Translations under genes and position numbers: made by a program
The notes under the pieces: model-generated
Database searches by the model: none
What the model was told of the DNA's origin: nothing
What the model saw: the letters and a program-made list of their open reading frames with translations, nothing else
Assembly (NCBI GenBank): GCA_903936565.1
Contig: CAIZVZ010000005.1
Span: 38,315-102,314, forward strand
Direction of reading: 5' to 3'
Source: an uncultured bacterium
GTDB taxonomy: Bacteria; Patescibacteriota; Minisyncoccia; Phycocordibacterales; CAIZLB01
Length of the DNA stretch: 64,000 nt
Part shown: positions 40,020 to 50,125 of the stretch, piece by piece
Layout of the letters: every line of letters starts with the position of its first letter
How positions within the stretch are numbered: position 1 is the stretch's first letter

Positions 40020-40994
40020 ATGCCTGAACTACCAGAAGTACAGACAACCGTTAATGGTTTAAATAAAAAAGTTAAGGGCGCAAAAATAATTGACGTCTGG
40101 AGTATTTACAATAGTCCATATTATAAATCAAAAGAAAATATTAAAGATCCAAAGTTTTTTAAGGAGTTTAAAGAAAGAATAATCGGATCTAAAATTATTA
40201 ACGCGGAACGGCGGGCAAAAAATATTCTAATCTATTTGGATAACAAAGAAACAATTTTAATTCACATGAAGATGACGGGGCATTTGATGTTTGGGGAATA
40301 CACCAACACTAATAAAACAAATGACCCATGGAAACCAACAGACCCAAACAACGAAGCCCTCAATGACCCGTTCAACACTCACATAAGACTTGTTTTTAGC
40401 CTTGAAATGCCAGGTACGAAAAAAGGTGTTGAGAAAGTTAACCTTGTTTTATCTGACACTAGAAAATTTGCAAAAGTAACTGTTATTAAAACGGACGGCA
40501 TATTCCACTCCCCTGATTTGTCTCATCTCGGCCCAGAGCCACTCGCTAAGGAATTTAATTTTAAAATATTTAAGGATCAAATAAACAAAAAACCGAACGG
40601 AAAGATTAAGACAACGCTCTTGGATCAAACTATAATTGCCGGCATTGGCAATATTTATTCCGACGAAGCATTGTGGCTTTCAAATATTCATCCAGAGAGT
40701 TTAGTTAAAAATATTCTAGACACCGAACTTAAAAAACTTTTTAATTCGGTTTTAATTGTTCTTAAAAATGGAATAGACTTTGGTGGTGATTCAATGTCAG
40801 ATTACAGAAACATTGATGGCGAGCGAGGCTCATTTCAAGAGAGACATAATGCATATAGAAAAACAGGACATATTTGTTCAAAACCGGCATGTAAGAAAGA
40901 AAACAAACTAAATCTTAAGATTGGTATAATTAAGAGAATTGTCGTCGGAGGACGAAGTACTCATTATTGTGAAAATCATCAAACCAAGTATTGA
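40020..40994 (+). CDS. mutM: Formamidopyrimidine-DNA glycosylase
   Basis: MPELPEV, HMKMTG, AGIGNIYSDE, C-terminal zinc finger. Confidence 0.95.
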   Translation: MPELPEVQTTVNGLNKKVKGAKIIDVWSIYNSPYYKSKENIKDPKFFKEFKERIIGSKIINAERRAKNILIYLDNKETILIHMKMTGHLMFGEYTNTNKTNDPWKPTDPNNEALNDPFNTHIRLVFSLEMPGTKKGVEKVNLVLSDTRKFAKVTVIKTDGIFHSPDLSHLGPEPLAKEFNFKIFKDQINKKPNGKIKTTLLDQTIIAGIGNIYSDEALWLSNIHPESLVKNILDTELKKLFNSVLIVLKNGIDFGGDSMSDYRNIDGERGSFQERHNAYRKTGHICSKPACKKENKLNLKIGIIKRIVVGGRSTHYCENHQTKY

Positions 40995-41587
40995 AACAAA
41001 ACGATTCCCGCTGTCACTGCAACATTTAAAGACTCTTTCTTTCCATTCATTGGTAATTCAACACAAACATCGACTTTATCTAAAATCTTTTTAGGTAGCC
41101 CTAAAACCTCATTGCCAAAAATAAATGCTATTTTTTTGGCCGAAGAGCCCACATCAGACTCAGAATCACATTCATCTTTAAACAAGTTATTAAAATCTAG
41201 ATCTTTATAATTTATGGAGTTCTTCGTCTGTTCAACTGCAATAATTTTATAACCATCCTTTTTTAACTTATTTAGCAACGAGGTGTGACTTTTAAAATAT
41301 TTCCAAACAAGACTCTTCTCTGCACCCAATGCGGTCTTGGCAATTTCAGGTTGAGGTTTGTTAAATTTATTTAACGGTGTCGGAGTATAACCAGATAAGT
41401 ATACAGCGCCAACTCCAGCGGCATCTGAGGTTCTAAAAATAGATCCCACATTATGTGCACTTCTTATATCAGGTAAAACAACAACCACTTCAAAAACACC
41501 CTTTTTATCAGCGCAACACTCAGAATTATTAGCTAAATTATAGCTTTTTTCGTCTTTTTTGATTTTATTCCCTTTAATATTAGACAT
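40979..41587 (-). CDS. TrmH/SpoU family RNA methyltransferase
   Basis: IRSAHNVGSIFRTSDA, FGNE, LPMNGKKESLNVAV. Confidence 0.92.
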   Translation of the reverse strand: MSNIKGNKIKKDEKSYNLANNSECCADKKGVFEVVVVLPDIRSAHNVGSIFRTSDAAGVGAVYLSGYTPTPLNKFNKPQPEIAKTALGAEKSLVWKYFKSHTSLLNKLKKDGYKIIAVEQTKNSINYKDLDFNNLFKDECDSESDVGSSAKKIAFIFGNEVLGLPKKILDKVDVCVELPMNGKKESLNVAVTAGIVLFQYLV

Positions 41588-41660
41588 TTCTTGTTTTTTT
41601 GATATAGTTTTAACATTATTTGATAATACGTACAAGAAATTGAACGTACGACAAATATAC

Positions 41661-41733
41661 CCGCTCGTAGCTCAGTCGGTAGAGCACCTGCCTTTTAAGC
41701 AGAGGGTCGTAGGTTCGATTCCTACCGAGCGGA
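41661..41733 (+). tRNA. tRNA-Lys(TTT)
   Basis: Cloverleaf; anticodon loop CTTTTAA. Confidence 0.94.
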
Positions 41734-41752
41734 CAAATATTAAATGCTTTAA

Positions 41753-42085
41753 ATGAACGATATAATCTTAGTATCCTTTGTATTTGTTTTAATTTTTTCC
41801 ATGTCGATAGGTTATAGTGCAGTATCTTTCTATAGAGGTGTTCTAAGATTATCTTCTGGTGAGGACTCTTTTGTCTTTTACAATTTTGGGGACGACAGAA
41901 ACGACAGGATTATTAGAGGCAAAAGTGCCCGTATTGTGTCGTTCATTATTATACTAGTATACACACTAGCTATTTATCTATTCTATAAAACAAACAATTT
42001 TATTATAAACAACTATGTTAGTAATTTAATAACTATTGTATTGGGATTGTTTTTGGGATCTTACTGTTTTAAACAACCAAAATAG
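41753..42085 (+). CDS. Hypothetical membrane protein
   Basis: 110-aa ORF with three hydrophobic segments. Confidence 0.55.
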   Translation: MNDIILVSFVFVLIFSMSIGYSAVSFYRGVLRLSSGEDSFVFYNFGDDRNDRIIRGKSARIVSFIIILVYTLAIYLFYKTNNFIINNYVSNLITIVLGLFLGSYCFKQPK

Positions 42086-42086
42086 A

Positions 42087-42815
42087 TTAAAGTCCAAGAG
42101 AGAGACCTTCCAACTCCACCATCAAGTCTCCGCCACCACGGTGGGCTTCGTGATATATTTCAACCAACTTATCTAGCAATACGTTTAATTCCTTAAGTTC
42201 CCAACCCTTAGACAGTCTCAAGGCCTTCTGAAATGAATATGGGGCTAGGCCAGACTCATCAGCAGTTTTAGAAAACTTTGCCAAATAGACAGACTTCATC
42301 TGCCACCACAAGACACCATGTATCTCCTCCCCCGCAAGCTCCGCTTCTTTAAGTTTTATAAATTCACTCCACGCTCCAACTTTATTTTTACTAGCAAACT
42401 GCTCTGCAAAATCAAACGCTAGAGGCCGCTTTTTTTCAGAACCACCTTGTGCGCCAATAGAATCATTAAAATCAAAAACCTTATAGGCAAACTTTTCTAT
42501 TTTTTTAAGATTAGGAGCTGATACCTTATCTTCTAGAATTATCCAGGCATGCTCACTTACCTTCATTTCTTCTAGTGCCCCAATAACCTCCGATCCAATC
42601 TCCTTATCTTCCAACAACTTATCTAATGTCACAATATATTTTGCCAAAAACAAACCCTGACTACCCAACAATTCTTCAAGTGAAAAATCTTTCCAGTTTT
42701 CTGTGGTTACTCGATAAACAGAAACATTAGGTTGTTTGCTCTGCATAATACCAACAAGCTCTTTTTGTTTGGCTCTTATTTTATTTGTATTTGTTCCGTA
42801 TATTAAATAAAGCAT
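42087..42815 (-). CDS. DNA polymerase III delta subunit-like (short HolA)
   Basis: MLYLIYG start, SQGLF motif, helical C-terminus like HolA; adjacent to polA. Confidence 0.65.
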   Translation of the reverse strand: MLYLIYGTNTNKIRAKQKELVGIMQSKQPNVSVYRVTTENWKDFSLEELLGSQGLFLAKYIVTLDKLLEDKEIGSEVIGALEEMKVSEHAWIILEDKVSAPNLKKIEKFAYKVFDFNDSIGAQGGSEKKRPLAFDFAEQFASKNKVGAWSEFIKLKEAELAGEEIHGVLWWQMKSVYLAKFSKTADESGLAPYSFQKALRLSKGWELKELNVLLDKLVEIYHEAHRGGGDLMVELEGLSLGL

Positions 42816-42828
42816 TTTGGTTTGTATT

Positions 42829-45369
42829 TTATTGCTCAGCCATCTCACCCCAATTCAATCCAATGTTTGATGAGGTTACAATCGGCACCCCCTTTGATTG
42901 TTCATTAGTTAAATTGTTTTGCATAATATCTTGAATCTTTTTAGAGATTTTCTTTATAAATTCCTTATCGTTCTCCACCTCAAATACTAATTCATCATGA
43001 ACCTGTAGAAGCATCTTCACTCTTCCATAAACCTCCTTATTTTTTGAATCGTTTATATAATTATAAACTTTTCTCATACTAATCTTTATTATATCTGCTG
43101 AAGTCCCCTGTATTGGGGCGTTAATGGCCATACGCTCAGCAGCAGCTCTAATGAAGGGTAATTTAGACCTTATGCCCTCAAAGTATCTCCTGCGGCCAAA
43201 CAACGTCTCTGTGTAACCGTTTTGTTCAGCAAATCTTTTTGTTTCCTCAAGAAATTCTGCAACCCTACTGAATGTTTTGAAATATTCATTATAAAAAGTT
43301 TGAGCTTCATCTTTTGTACTTCCTAAATTAGTCTTAAGAGCATTTACACCCATTCCATACAATATTCCAAAGTTAATAACCTTAGCTTGTCTTCTCATAT
43401 CCTTTGTAACCTCACTTTCTTTTACATTAAAAACTCTAGAGGCCACTCCAGTATGGACATCTTCACCTTTTTTAAATATTTCTATCAAATTTTCATCACC
43501 CGACATTATAGCGGCGATTCGAAGTTCGATTTGAGAATAATCAAACGATAATAAAACATGACCTTTTTCTGCTATAAAACCACCCCTAACCTTTCTTCCT
43601 AAATCAGTCTTTGTTGGAATGTTTTGAATATTTGGATTTTGAGACGACATTCTACCCGTGGTTGTACCAGCCTGCAGAAACCTTGCATGCAACCTGTCTT
43701 TTGAGTCAGTTAGGAGAGGTAATGGATCAATATAAGTTGAAAGAAGTTTGGCTAATTCTCTATATTCCAATATTTTATCAACTATCGGATGAACCCCTTT
43801 AAGTTTTTCTAGTTCCGATTCTTTAGTAGAGCGAGCACCGCCAGCTGTTTTTTTGAGACGTTTTGCGCCCATTCCCTCTCCAAGATTCATCTCATCAAAA
43901 ATAACCACACCCAATTGTTTCGGTGAATCAACATTAAATTCTCGGCCTGCCATTTTCCAAATCTCACCCTCCAACCTACTCAGTTCCTTGTGATAATCTT
44001 CGGATAACTTCTTTAAATATTTTTTATCAAGTAATATTCCGTCTTCCTCCATCTTAGAGACAACTGGAATAAGCGGCCATTCAATTTCTTTCAGAACATA
44101 GGTCAGTCCTTGTTTTTCAATTTCTCCCAGCAGGTATTTTTCTATTTGTTCATACTTCTTGGATTTTGTGTATTTCAAAACGTCTTCGTATGCTGGGTTT
44201 GTTAAACTAGAATTTAGAACCCACAAAGCAATACAGACCCTCGCTTTTTGCTCTTCCGCTATATCCTCTACCGGCTCAATTTCTACTTTTGAATGACTAC
44301 CCTCAAACACTCCACTACTGTTGGTCGCAACAACGTTTCCAAACAAGCCACCCAATTCCGAATTTGACCCAGAGACATCAACACCATTTTTCCCCATGAT
44401 ATTTTTCAACCTTGTTCCAAGAGTTCTAAACTCAAATTCATCAAATATTTGTTCTGCTTTATTTATATCAAAAGAATCCTTCCAAGTTTTTTCTGGAAGT
44501 TCAAACTTAATTGGAGCATCCCTCCTTATTGTTGCGAGCATTTTACTAAACACAGCCTCGTCTTCACCTTTTTCAAGTAAATCAATAATCCTATCGGTGA
44601 TTCCAAGTTTCTTTATTTCATTTGGCCCACCCTCCTTTTTCAAAGTTACATATATATTTTCAATTGTATGAAAATGAGAAATCAATGTCGTTGCTGTTTT
44701 TTCACCAATTCCAATAATTCCAATAATATTATCCGATGTATCCCCTCGTAAACCCTTATAGTCCGGTAGATATTCTGGACGGAAGCCAAATCTCTCAACA
44801 ACAGCGTCTTCATCGTATGTGACAGTATCTTTTATTCCCTTCTTTAGAGTAAAAACTTGTACCTCCTTGTCGCGCACTAACTGTAGTGTATCCATATCTC
44901 CTGATGCAATCACCACTTTTAAACCTTTTATATCTTTTGTTTGTTCAACAATAGTTCCAAGCATATCGTCCGCTTCAAATCCAGGTTTGTCGAACATTGG
45001 AATATTAAAATTCTCAAATATCTTTCGTGATGATTTTAATTGATCCACCAACTCATCATCACTCTTTTTTCTTCCAGCTTTATAATCTTTATATGCTTCA
45101 TGTCTATAGGTCGGTTGAGGAAGGTCATAACAAGCAACAATATAATCTGGATTGAACTTTTCAATTATTCCAATAAGCATTGAAGATAGTCCGTAAAGCG
45201 CCCCCGTCGGCACACCCTTGGAAGTAGCAAAGTCAGGAAGGGCATGATATCCACGATGAATTATCGCATGGGAGTCTAATAAGACCAGGGTTTTATTTAA
45301 AGCCTCTTTTTTAGAGTCACCCACTTTATTGGCGACCACTTTTTTATCAGTTATTGGTGTTTTTTTCAC
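42829..45369 (-). CDS. polA: DNA polymerase I
   Basis: 5'-3' exonuclease (LLDSHAIIHRGYHA, FEADD); polymerase motifs DYSQIELR, KVINFGILYG, QVHDEL; start GTG 45369. Confidence 0.97.
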   Translation of the reverse strand: MKKTPITDKKVVANKVGDSKKEALNKTLVLLDSHAIIHRGYHALPDFATSKGVPTGALYGLSSMLIGIIEKFNPDYIVACYDLPQPTYRHEAYKDYKAGRKKSDDELVDQLKSSRKIFENFNIPMFDKPGFEADDMLGTIVEQTKDIKGLKVVIASGDMDTLQLVRDKEVQVFTLKKGIKDTVTYDEDAVVERFGFRPEYLPDYKGLRGDTSDNIIGIIGIGEKTATTLISHFHTIENIYVTLKKEGGPNEIKKLGITDRIIDLLEKGEDEAVFSKMLATIRRDAPIKFELPEKTWKDSFDINKAEQIFDEFEFRTLGTRLKNIMGKNGVDVSGSNSELGGLFGNVVATNSSGVFEGSHSKVEIEPVEDIAEEQKARVCIALWVLNSSLTNPAYEDVLKYTKSKKYEQIEKYLLGEIEKQGLTYVLKEIEWPLIPVVSKMEEDGILLDKKYLKKLSEDYHKELSRLEGEIWKMAGREFNVDSPKQLGVVIFDEMNLGEGMGAKRLKKTAGGARSTKESELEKLKGVHPIVDKILEYRELAKLLSTYIDPLPLLTDSKDRLHARFLQAGTTTGRMSSQNPNIQNIPTKTDLGRKVRGGFIAEKGHVLLSFDYSQIELRIAAIMSGDENLIEIFKKGEDVHTGVASRVFNVKESEVTKDMRRQAKVINFGILYGMGVNALKTNLGSTKDEAQTFYNEYFKTFSRVAEFLEETKRFAEQNGYTETLFGRRRYFEGIRSKLPFIRAAAERMAINAPIQGTSADIIKISMRKVYNYINDSKNKEVYGRVKMLLQVHDELVFEVENDKEFIKKISKKIQDIMQNNLTNEQSKGVPIVTSSNIGLNWGEMAEQ

Positions 45370-45431
45370 GTCGGGTACATTATACCCTATTTGTCTTTTT
45401 GACTGAACCTTATATAAAACCAATTTAAGTG

Positions 45432-45989
45432 TTAGTTTGTTGCAGAATCTTCTTCACCTTGTAATTCCATAGTGTTTTGAGATGGACTAAAATACATCTT
45501 TCTGGTGTTTTCATCGACAAATTCAAATTCAACAATCGGAGCATTTTTTGGAAGAATGTCTATATCAGAAACCATTTCTGGCCATTCGAAGCATATTAAA
45601 TTTTTAGGGTCTTTTAATGTTTCCTCAAAATCAATAGCTAATATTTCTTTTCCTGATTCTAGCCTGAAAGCGTCAATGTGAATTAAAGTTTCTAAACCGC
45701 AGGTTTCGATAGTATCCTTATATTCAGATGAATTGTGGTCGACATGTATTTTGTACCTTTTTTCTATCGAAAAAGTTGGACTAGTTATTTCCCCATCAAC
45801 ATCCAATATTTCACCAATACATTTAGTAAAAGCTGTTTTTCCGGAACCGAGATCTCCCTTTAACACCAAAACAGTGGCTTTTTTTTCGCCACCATTAGTT
45901 ATTTTCTCCTTATTATTTAAAACCTCCTTCAACACAAGATGTGCAAACTTTTTTGTTTCCTCAAGAGAGTATGATGTCGCTTTATACAT
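45432..45989 (-). CDS. tsaE: t6A biosynthesis ATPase TsaE
   Basis: GDLGSGKT, ITSPTF, HIDAFRL, EWPE. Confidence 0.94.
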   Translation of the reverse strand: MYKATSYSLEETKKFAHLVLKEVLNNKEKITNGGEKKATVLVLKGDLGSGKTAFTKCIGEILDVDGEITSPTFSIEKRYKIHVDHNSSEYKDTIETCGLETLIHIDAFRLESGKEILAIDFEETLKDPKNLICFEWPEMVSDIDILPKNAPIVEFEFVDENTRKMYFSPSQNTMELQGEEDSATN

Positions 45990-46007
45990 TATTTAGACAA
46001 TCACTTA

Positions 46008-46340
46008 TTATTCTTTATCAATTTTTTGCAAGATTTCATCATCTGTCGCTAGGTCCACAGCGGCAACAGTCAGATCGTCGTCTAATTTTTCTAACATCTC
46101 AGAAATAGCAATATTGTCTTCTTCGTCCGTAGCGGCCTCGTCAATATCAGGCATGTTTTTAACATCTTCGCATATATCTGCAAGTGGATTATATATTTGA
46201 TCAACCTCATCTGTGTGAGACTGTAATCTATCAGTAAGGGTTTTTTCCAAATCTTCCCCGTGAAGATTCAAAATTTCTTCCTCCGTTATAATATTATTGG
46301 AGGTTGAGGTATTAGAATTGTTTTTTTGTATTTGATCCAT
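46008..46340 (-). CDS. Hypothetical acidic protein
   Basis: 110-aa D/E-rich ORF, co-oriented with neighbours. Confidence 0.6.
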   Translation of the reverse strand: MDQIQKNNSNTSTSNNIITEEEILNLHGEDLEKTLTDRLQSHTDEVDQIYNPLADICEDVKNMPDIDEAATDEEDNIAISEMLEKLDDDLTVAAVDLATDDEILQKIDKE

Positions 46341-46358
46341 ATTTTTTATTATTAAATG

Positions 46359-47774
46359 TTACTTAATTTCCTTCAAGCTATCCTCACTGAAAGTTTTTAT
46401 ACTTGGGACAATTCCATCGATGACCGATCCTTTCCCTTTACTTTTTATTTCTCTAATAATTGGGTTCATTTTACCTACACAAGCTCTTATTTTAGCCTTT
46501 TGTACATCTGGAGTCACGTCCATTTTAAGCAACAAACCGAATGATTCAGAAAGAGTTACCAAAGCCCCCTTCATTTGATTTTTAGTTTTAGGTGATGGAG
46601 GTAGTGAAGAGTTCTTTTTTAATGATTCAAGAGCTTCTTCAACTTTTCTAGTTTCCTCTTCTCTTCTTTCATTCTCATTAACGTCTAAAACCTCTACCCC
46701 CTCCTCACCAGTCTCAGAAGCACCTCCTGCAGTTTCAGGTGTTGATGCCCCAGCCGCTGCTCCAGCCTCCGATGTTGGACTCCTTTGTGAGTTTTCTCTT
46801 AAAATATCTACCTTTCTTGTTGTATATTCAGCTTTAACATCTTCAAATTTTGAAATTCTTTTATCTGTTGCATCAATAGAAGATGAAAGTTTAGTTCTAG
46901 CACCCTCAAGATTACTAAGTTTTACCTTGCTTTCTTTTATCAATTTATTATACCCTTCCATAGCCCCTTTAATTACGGCCTTATCTTCACCACGGGCCAA
47001 CTCATAAGATCTTTTAAGGGCATTGTACTGATTACCGGCATCATTAATTACATTAGTTAGTTTATCTATTCCACCATCAACACTGCGAAGTCTTTCTCTG
47101 TTTTGTTCATAGTTAGTACTTTGTTTAATTCGCTCAGACCTTCCATCTGCACTTGCAATAAAACCATCAACTATTACAACCCTCCTGTTTTTATAACCCT
47201 CAAGAGCGGATGTTAAAGCTTTTTCTTCCGCTTTAAGATCTTCCATTTTAGTGGTTGCCATCTTAGCGGTTGCTTCAGCTTCCAATTTTTTAAAAACAGC
47301 GACCAATGCAGGGTTATTATTGAGTTCAGCCTCCTTAATATTTTGTTTTATTCCATCAAGTACAGCCTTGTTTGCTTGGGTTTGAGCCTCCGCTCTTGAT
47401 TGGTTTTTTTCAATTTTTGCCTTAACCCTTTCAATTTCTTGGACTTTTTTTGCTATCATCTGCTCATTAGCAGAATTTTCACCATTCATATTGGATTTTT
47501 CTTTAGTTGAAAGCGCCTTGAAACTTCGGTAGTCAGAAAACCAAGCTGTTTTACGTTTCAACACATCCCCAATGCTAGCAAAAAGACCTTTGGCTTCCTT
47601 GTGATCCACAAGAGATGCCGTTATAGCATCAGCCTCAAGGCTGGCTGCGGTAGTTCTGTTTAAAACAGACTCTTTTGGAGCAGCGGCTGCCGCTGTTCTT
47701 CTTGTTATTGCTGGTGGTGTTGGGGATGTTGGAGTTGTTTCTGCTGGCGGTGTTGTTGGTGCTGATTCTGTCAT
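46359..47774 (-). CDS. Hypothetical coiled-coil protein
   Basis: 471-aa ORF; P/T-rich N-terminus; long K/E/A heptad-like stretches. Confidence 0.7.
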   Translation of the reverse strand: MTESAPTTPPAETTPTSPTPPAITRRTAAAAAPKESVLNRTTAASLEADAITASLVDHKEAKGLFASIGDVLKRKTAWFSDYRSFKALSTKEKSNMNGENSANEQMIAKKVQEIERVKAKIEKNQSRAEAQTQANKAVLDGIKQNIKEAELNNNPALVAVFKKLEAEATAKMATTKMEDLKAEEKALTSALEGYKNRRVVIVDGFIASADGRSERIKQSTNYEQNRERLRSVDGGIDKLTNVINDAGNQYNALKRSYELARGEDKAVIKGAMEGYNKLIKESKVKLSNLEGARTKLSSSIDATDKRISKFEDVKAEYTTRKVDILRENSQRSPTSEAGAAAGASTPETAGGASETGEEGVEVLDVNENERREEETRKVEEALESLKKNSSLPPSPKTKNQMKGALVTLSESFGLLLKMDVTPDVQKAKIRACVGKMNPIIREIKSKGKGSVIDGIVPSIKTFSEDSLKEIK

Positions 47775-47912
47775 AATTTTTATTTATTATTTAACAATAT
47801 AATAATTGTATTCCTGTCAAGTTTTTTTGTCAAACTAAAAGCAGAACATCCTTTGCTAAATTTTATATATTTATTTATGGTAAATTATTAAAAAACAGTA
47901 TAAAATATCACT

Positions 47913-49628
47913 ATGACAATCCACTTTGATGAAGATAAACAAAATACTAGAATGAAGAAACTCCTTCTTGATGAGGAGGAAGCGGCAATGCAAATGTTGG
48001 CAGAGAAGTACAGTGTTACATACATAGATTTAACAACAGTTTCTATTAACTCAGATGGACTGAAGTTAATTGAAGAAAAAACAGCCAGAGAAAGCCTAGT
48101 GGCTATTTTTGATATTGTTGGAACCAAGATTTCTATTGCAGTCCACTCCCCTGAAAGCAATGACACAAAGGACGTATTAGATACTCTGGAAAGGAGTGGT
48201 TACAAGGCAACTGTTTTTATAGCCTCAATTCACAGCCTAGAGAAAGCCTGGGAGCGTTACAAGGATATAAACTTCGCCACAGAAACAGAAGCTGGATCAC
48301 TTGATATTTCAAACGAGGAAATCGAGTCGTTAGTCCAAAGAACCAAGAATCTTGAGGATATTTCTAAGTGGATAGCAGAAGCCTTGGAGATGAAAAAAAC
48401 CCACAGGGTGTCAAAAATGCTTTCTATTGTTATGGCCGGAGCGCTTTCCACCAAATCTTCCGACGTTCACATAGAAGCCGGGGAACTAAAAGCACGCCTT
48501 AGGTATAGAATAGACGGTGTTTTAACAACGGTTTCAGAATTTGACAAGGAAACTTATGAATTAACACTCTCTCGTATTAAGTTACTTTCTGGTTTAAAAC
48601 TAAATATCAAAGAAAATGCACAAGACGGCAGATTCACAGTTAAAATCAAGAACACTGATATTGAGATAAGAACCTCCACGATTCCTGGTTCTTACGGTGA
48701 GTCTGTGGTTATGCGTATTCTTAATCCTGAATCCATTATGGTTACTATGGATAAGTTAGGTATGTCAAAGCGTTTTCTTGAGGCGGTAAGAAAGGAAATT
48801 GCTAGACCAAATGGCCTTATTTTAACAACCGGACCAACCGGTTCTGGAAAAACTACAACTCTTTATGCATTTTTAAGGGAGGTGTCTAATCCTGAATATA
48901 AAATAATCACGATTGAAGACCCCGTTGAATACCACCTTCCTGGTATTGTTCAAACACAAGTTGAAGAATCTAAGGGTTACACTTTCGAAGCGGGACTGAA
49001 GTCTGCAATGAGACAAGACCCTGACATCATAATGGTTGGAGAAATTCGAGATGCCGAAACTGCAATTACAGCAATTAATGCGGCGCTGACGGGACACCTT
49101 GTATTCTCCACCCTTCACACAAACAATGCCGCTGGAACATTTACTAGATTAATAGATCTAGGTGCAGATCCAAAAACACTAACGTCTGCAATCCACGCCG
49201 CTATCGCCCAAAGACTAGTTAGAGTTATCTGTGACAAATGCAGAAAGAAAGTTCCGATACCAACAGAGCGGGTTGCTTTAGTTGATGATGTTTTAGAATC
49301 AATAAAGAACATGGAAGAGGGTAAGGAGTTTATAGAAAAGCCAACTGAAATTTATATACCCGTTGGATGTGAGGCTTGCAACAACACAGGTTATTTTGAC
49401 AGAATTGGAATTCACGAATTAATTTTAACTGACGCTTCGATTGAAAAAATAGTTAGAGAAAATCCAAGTGAAAGAGAGATTAAAGCTGTGGCTAAAAAAC
49501 AAGGCTTTATGGACATGAGACAGGATGGTGTAGTGAAAGTTTTACAAGGTATTACATCATTCGATGAATTGGAACGTGTTATTGATTTAGCCAAGGATGA
49601 TTTCATAGAAGAAACACCTCTTGTATAA
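47913..49628 (+). CDS. pilB: PilB/GspE type IV pilus assembly ATPase
   Basis: SDVHIE, GPTGSGKTTT, TIEDPVEY, RQDPDIIMVGEIRD, HTN, tetracysteine motif. Confidence 0.9.
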   Translation: MTIHFDEDKQNTRMKKLLLDEEEAAMQMLAEKYSVTYIDLTTVSINSDGLKLIEEKTARESLVAIFDIVGTKISIAVHSPESNDTKDVLDTLERSGYKATVFIASIHSLEKAWERYKDINFATETEAGSLDISNEEIESLVQRTKNLEDISKWIAEALEMKKTHRVSKMLSIVMAGALSTKSSDVHIEAGELKARLRYRIDGVLTTVSEFDKETYELTLSRIKLLSGLKLNIKENAQDGRFTVKIKNTDIEIRTSTIPGSYGESVVMRILNPESIMVTMDKLGMSKRFLEAVRKEIARPNGLILTTGPTGSGKTTTLYAFLREVSNPEYKIITIEDPVEYHLPGIVQTQVEESKGYTFEAGLKSAMRQDPDIIMVGEIRDAETAITAINAALTGHLVFSTLHTNNAAGTFTRLIDLGADPKTLTSAIHAAIAQRLVRVICDKCRKKVPIPTERVALVDDVLESIKNMEEGKEFIEKPTEIYIPVGCEACNNTGYFDRIGIHELILTDASIEKIVRENPSEREIKAVAKKQGFMDMRQDGVVKVLQGITSFDELERVIDLAKDDFIEETPLV

Positions 49629-49768
49629 TTTCATTTATTTGACACTTCAAATAAATAATTATCCAAAACAAAACTGTGTAAATCTCCGTTGACTTAGAAT
49701 GACCTCACAGGTATTGTTATGTTATCAATTTAGCGTGCTGGGAAATAAGTTCAAAAATTGATAACAAA

Positions 49769-49940
49769 AAAACAGCACTTTAAATCTCTAAGCGATGCTT
49801 TAAGTCCTAAGACCTAAAGCCCGATAGTTCTTTAAGGATAGTTCCAGGAACGTGGCGTAAAGCCCGCACCAGAACGTCCTTTAAGAAAAACCGATAGACC
49901 CGCAAAGGTTGTATCGCTTAGAGATTTAAGGAGCTGTTTT
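49769..49940 (-). ncRNA. 6S RNA-like structured RNA
   Basis: ~28-bp closing stem, central junction and apical rod; TGnTATTCT about 8 nt upstream and a U7 tail on the minus strand. Confidence 0.55.
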
Positions 49941-50048
49941 ATTCCATAAGAATATCACACAAAGATAAATCCCTTTTTGTATCTTAACTACAAAAACCTA
50001 TTTTAACATGCCAAAACCATCTGGCAAGCATCTTTCAAGTTCATAAGT

Positions 50049-50077
50049 ATCGTAGCATACTTATTTTTTAATGTCAA
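50049..50077 (-). promoter_or_regulatory. Sigma70-type promoter pointing toward the 6S-like RNA
   Basis: TTGACA-N17-TACGAT with extended TG. Confidence 0.65.
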
Positions 50078-50125
50078 GCGGTCTTTCTATAGATTACGGG
50101 TTAAAATACATAAAAATAAACCCAA

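Noticed and set aside
49769-49940. SRP RNA, tmRNA or RNase P RNA identity for the structured RNA
   Set aside because: Lacks the SRP helix-8 motif, tRNA-like tmRNA ends and the RNase P GAGGAAAGTC signature
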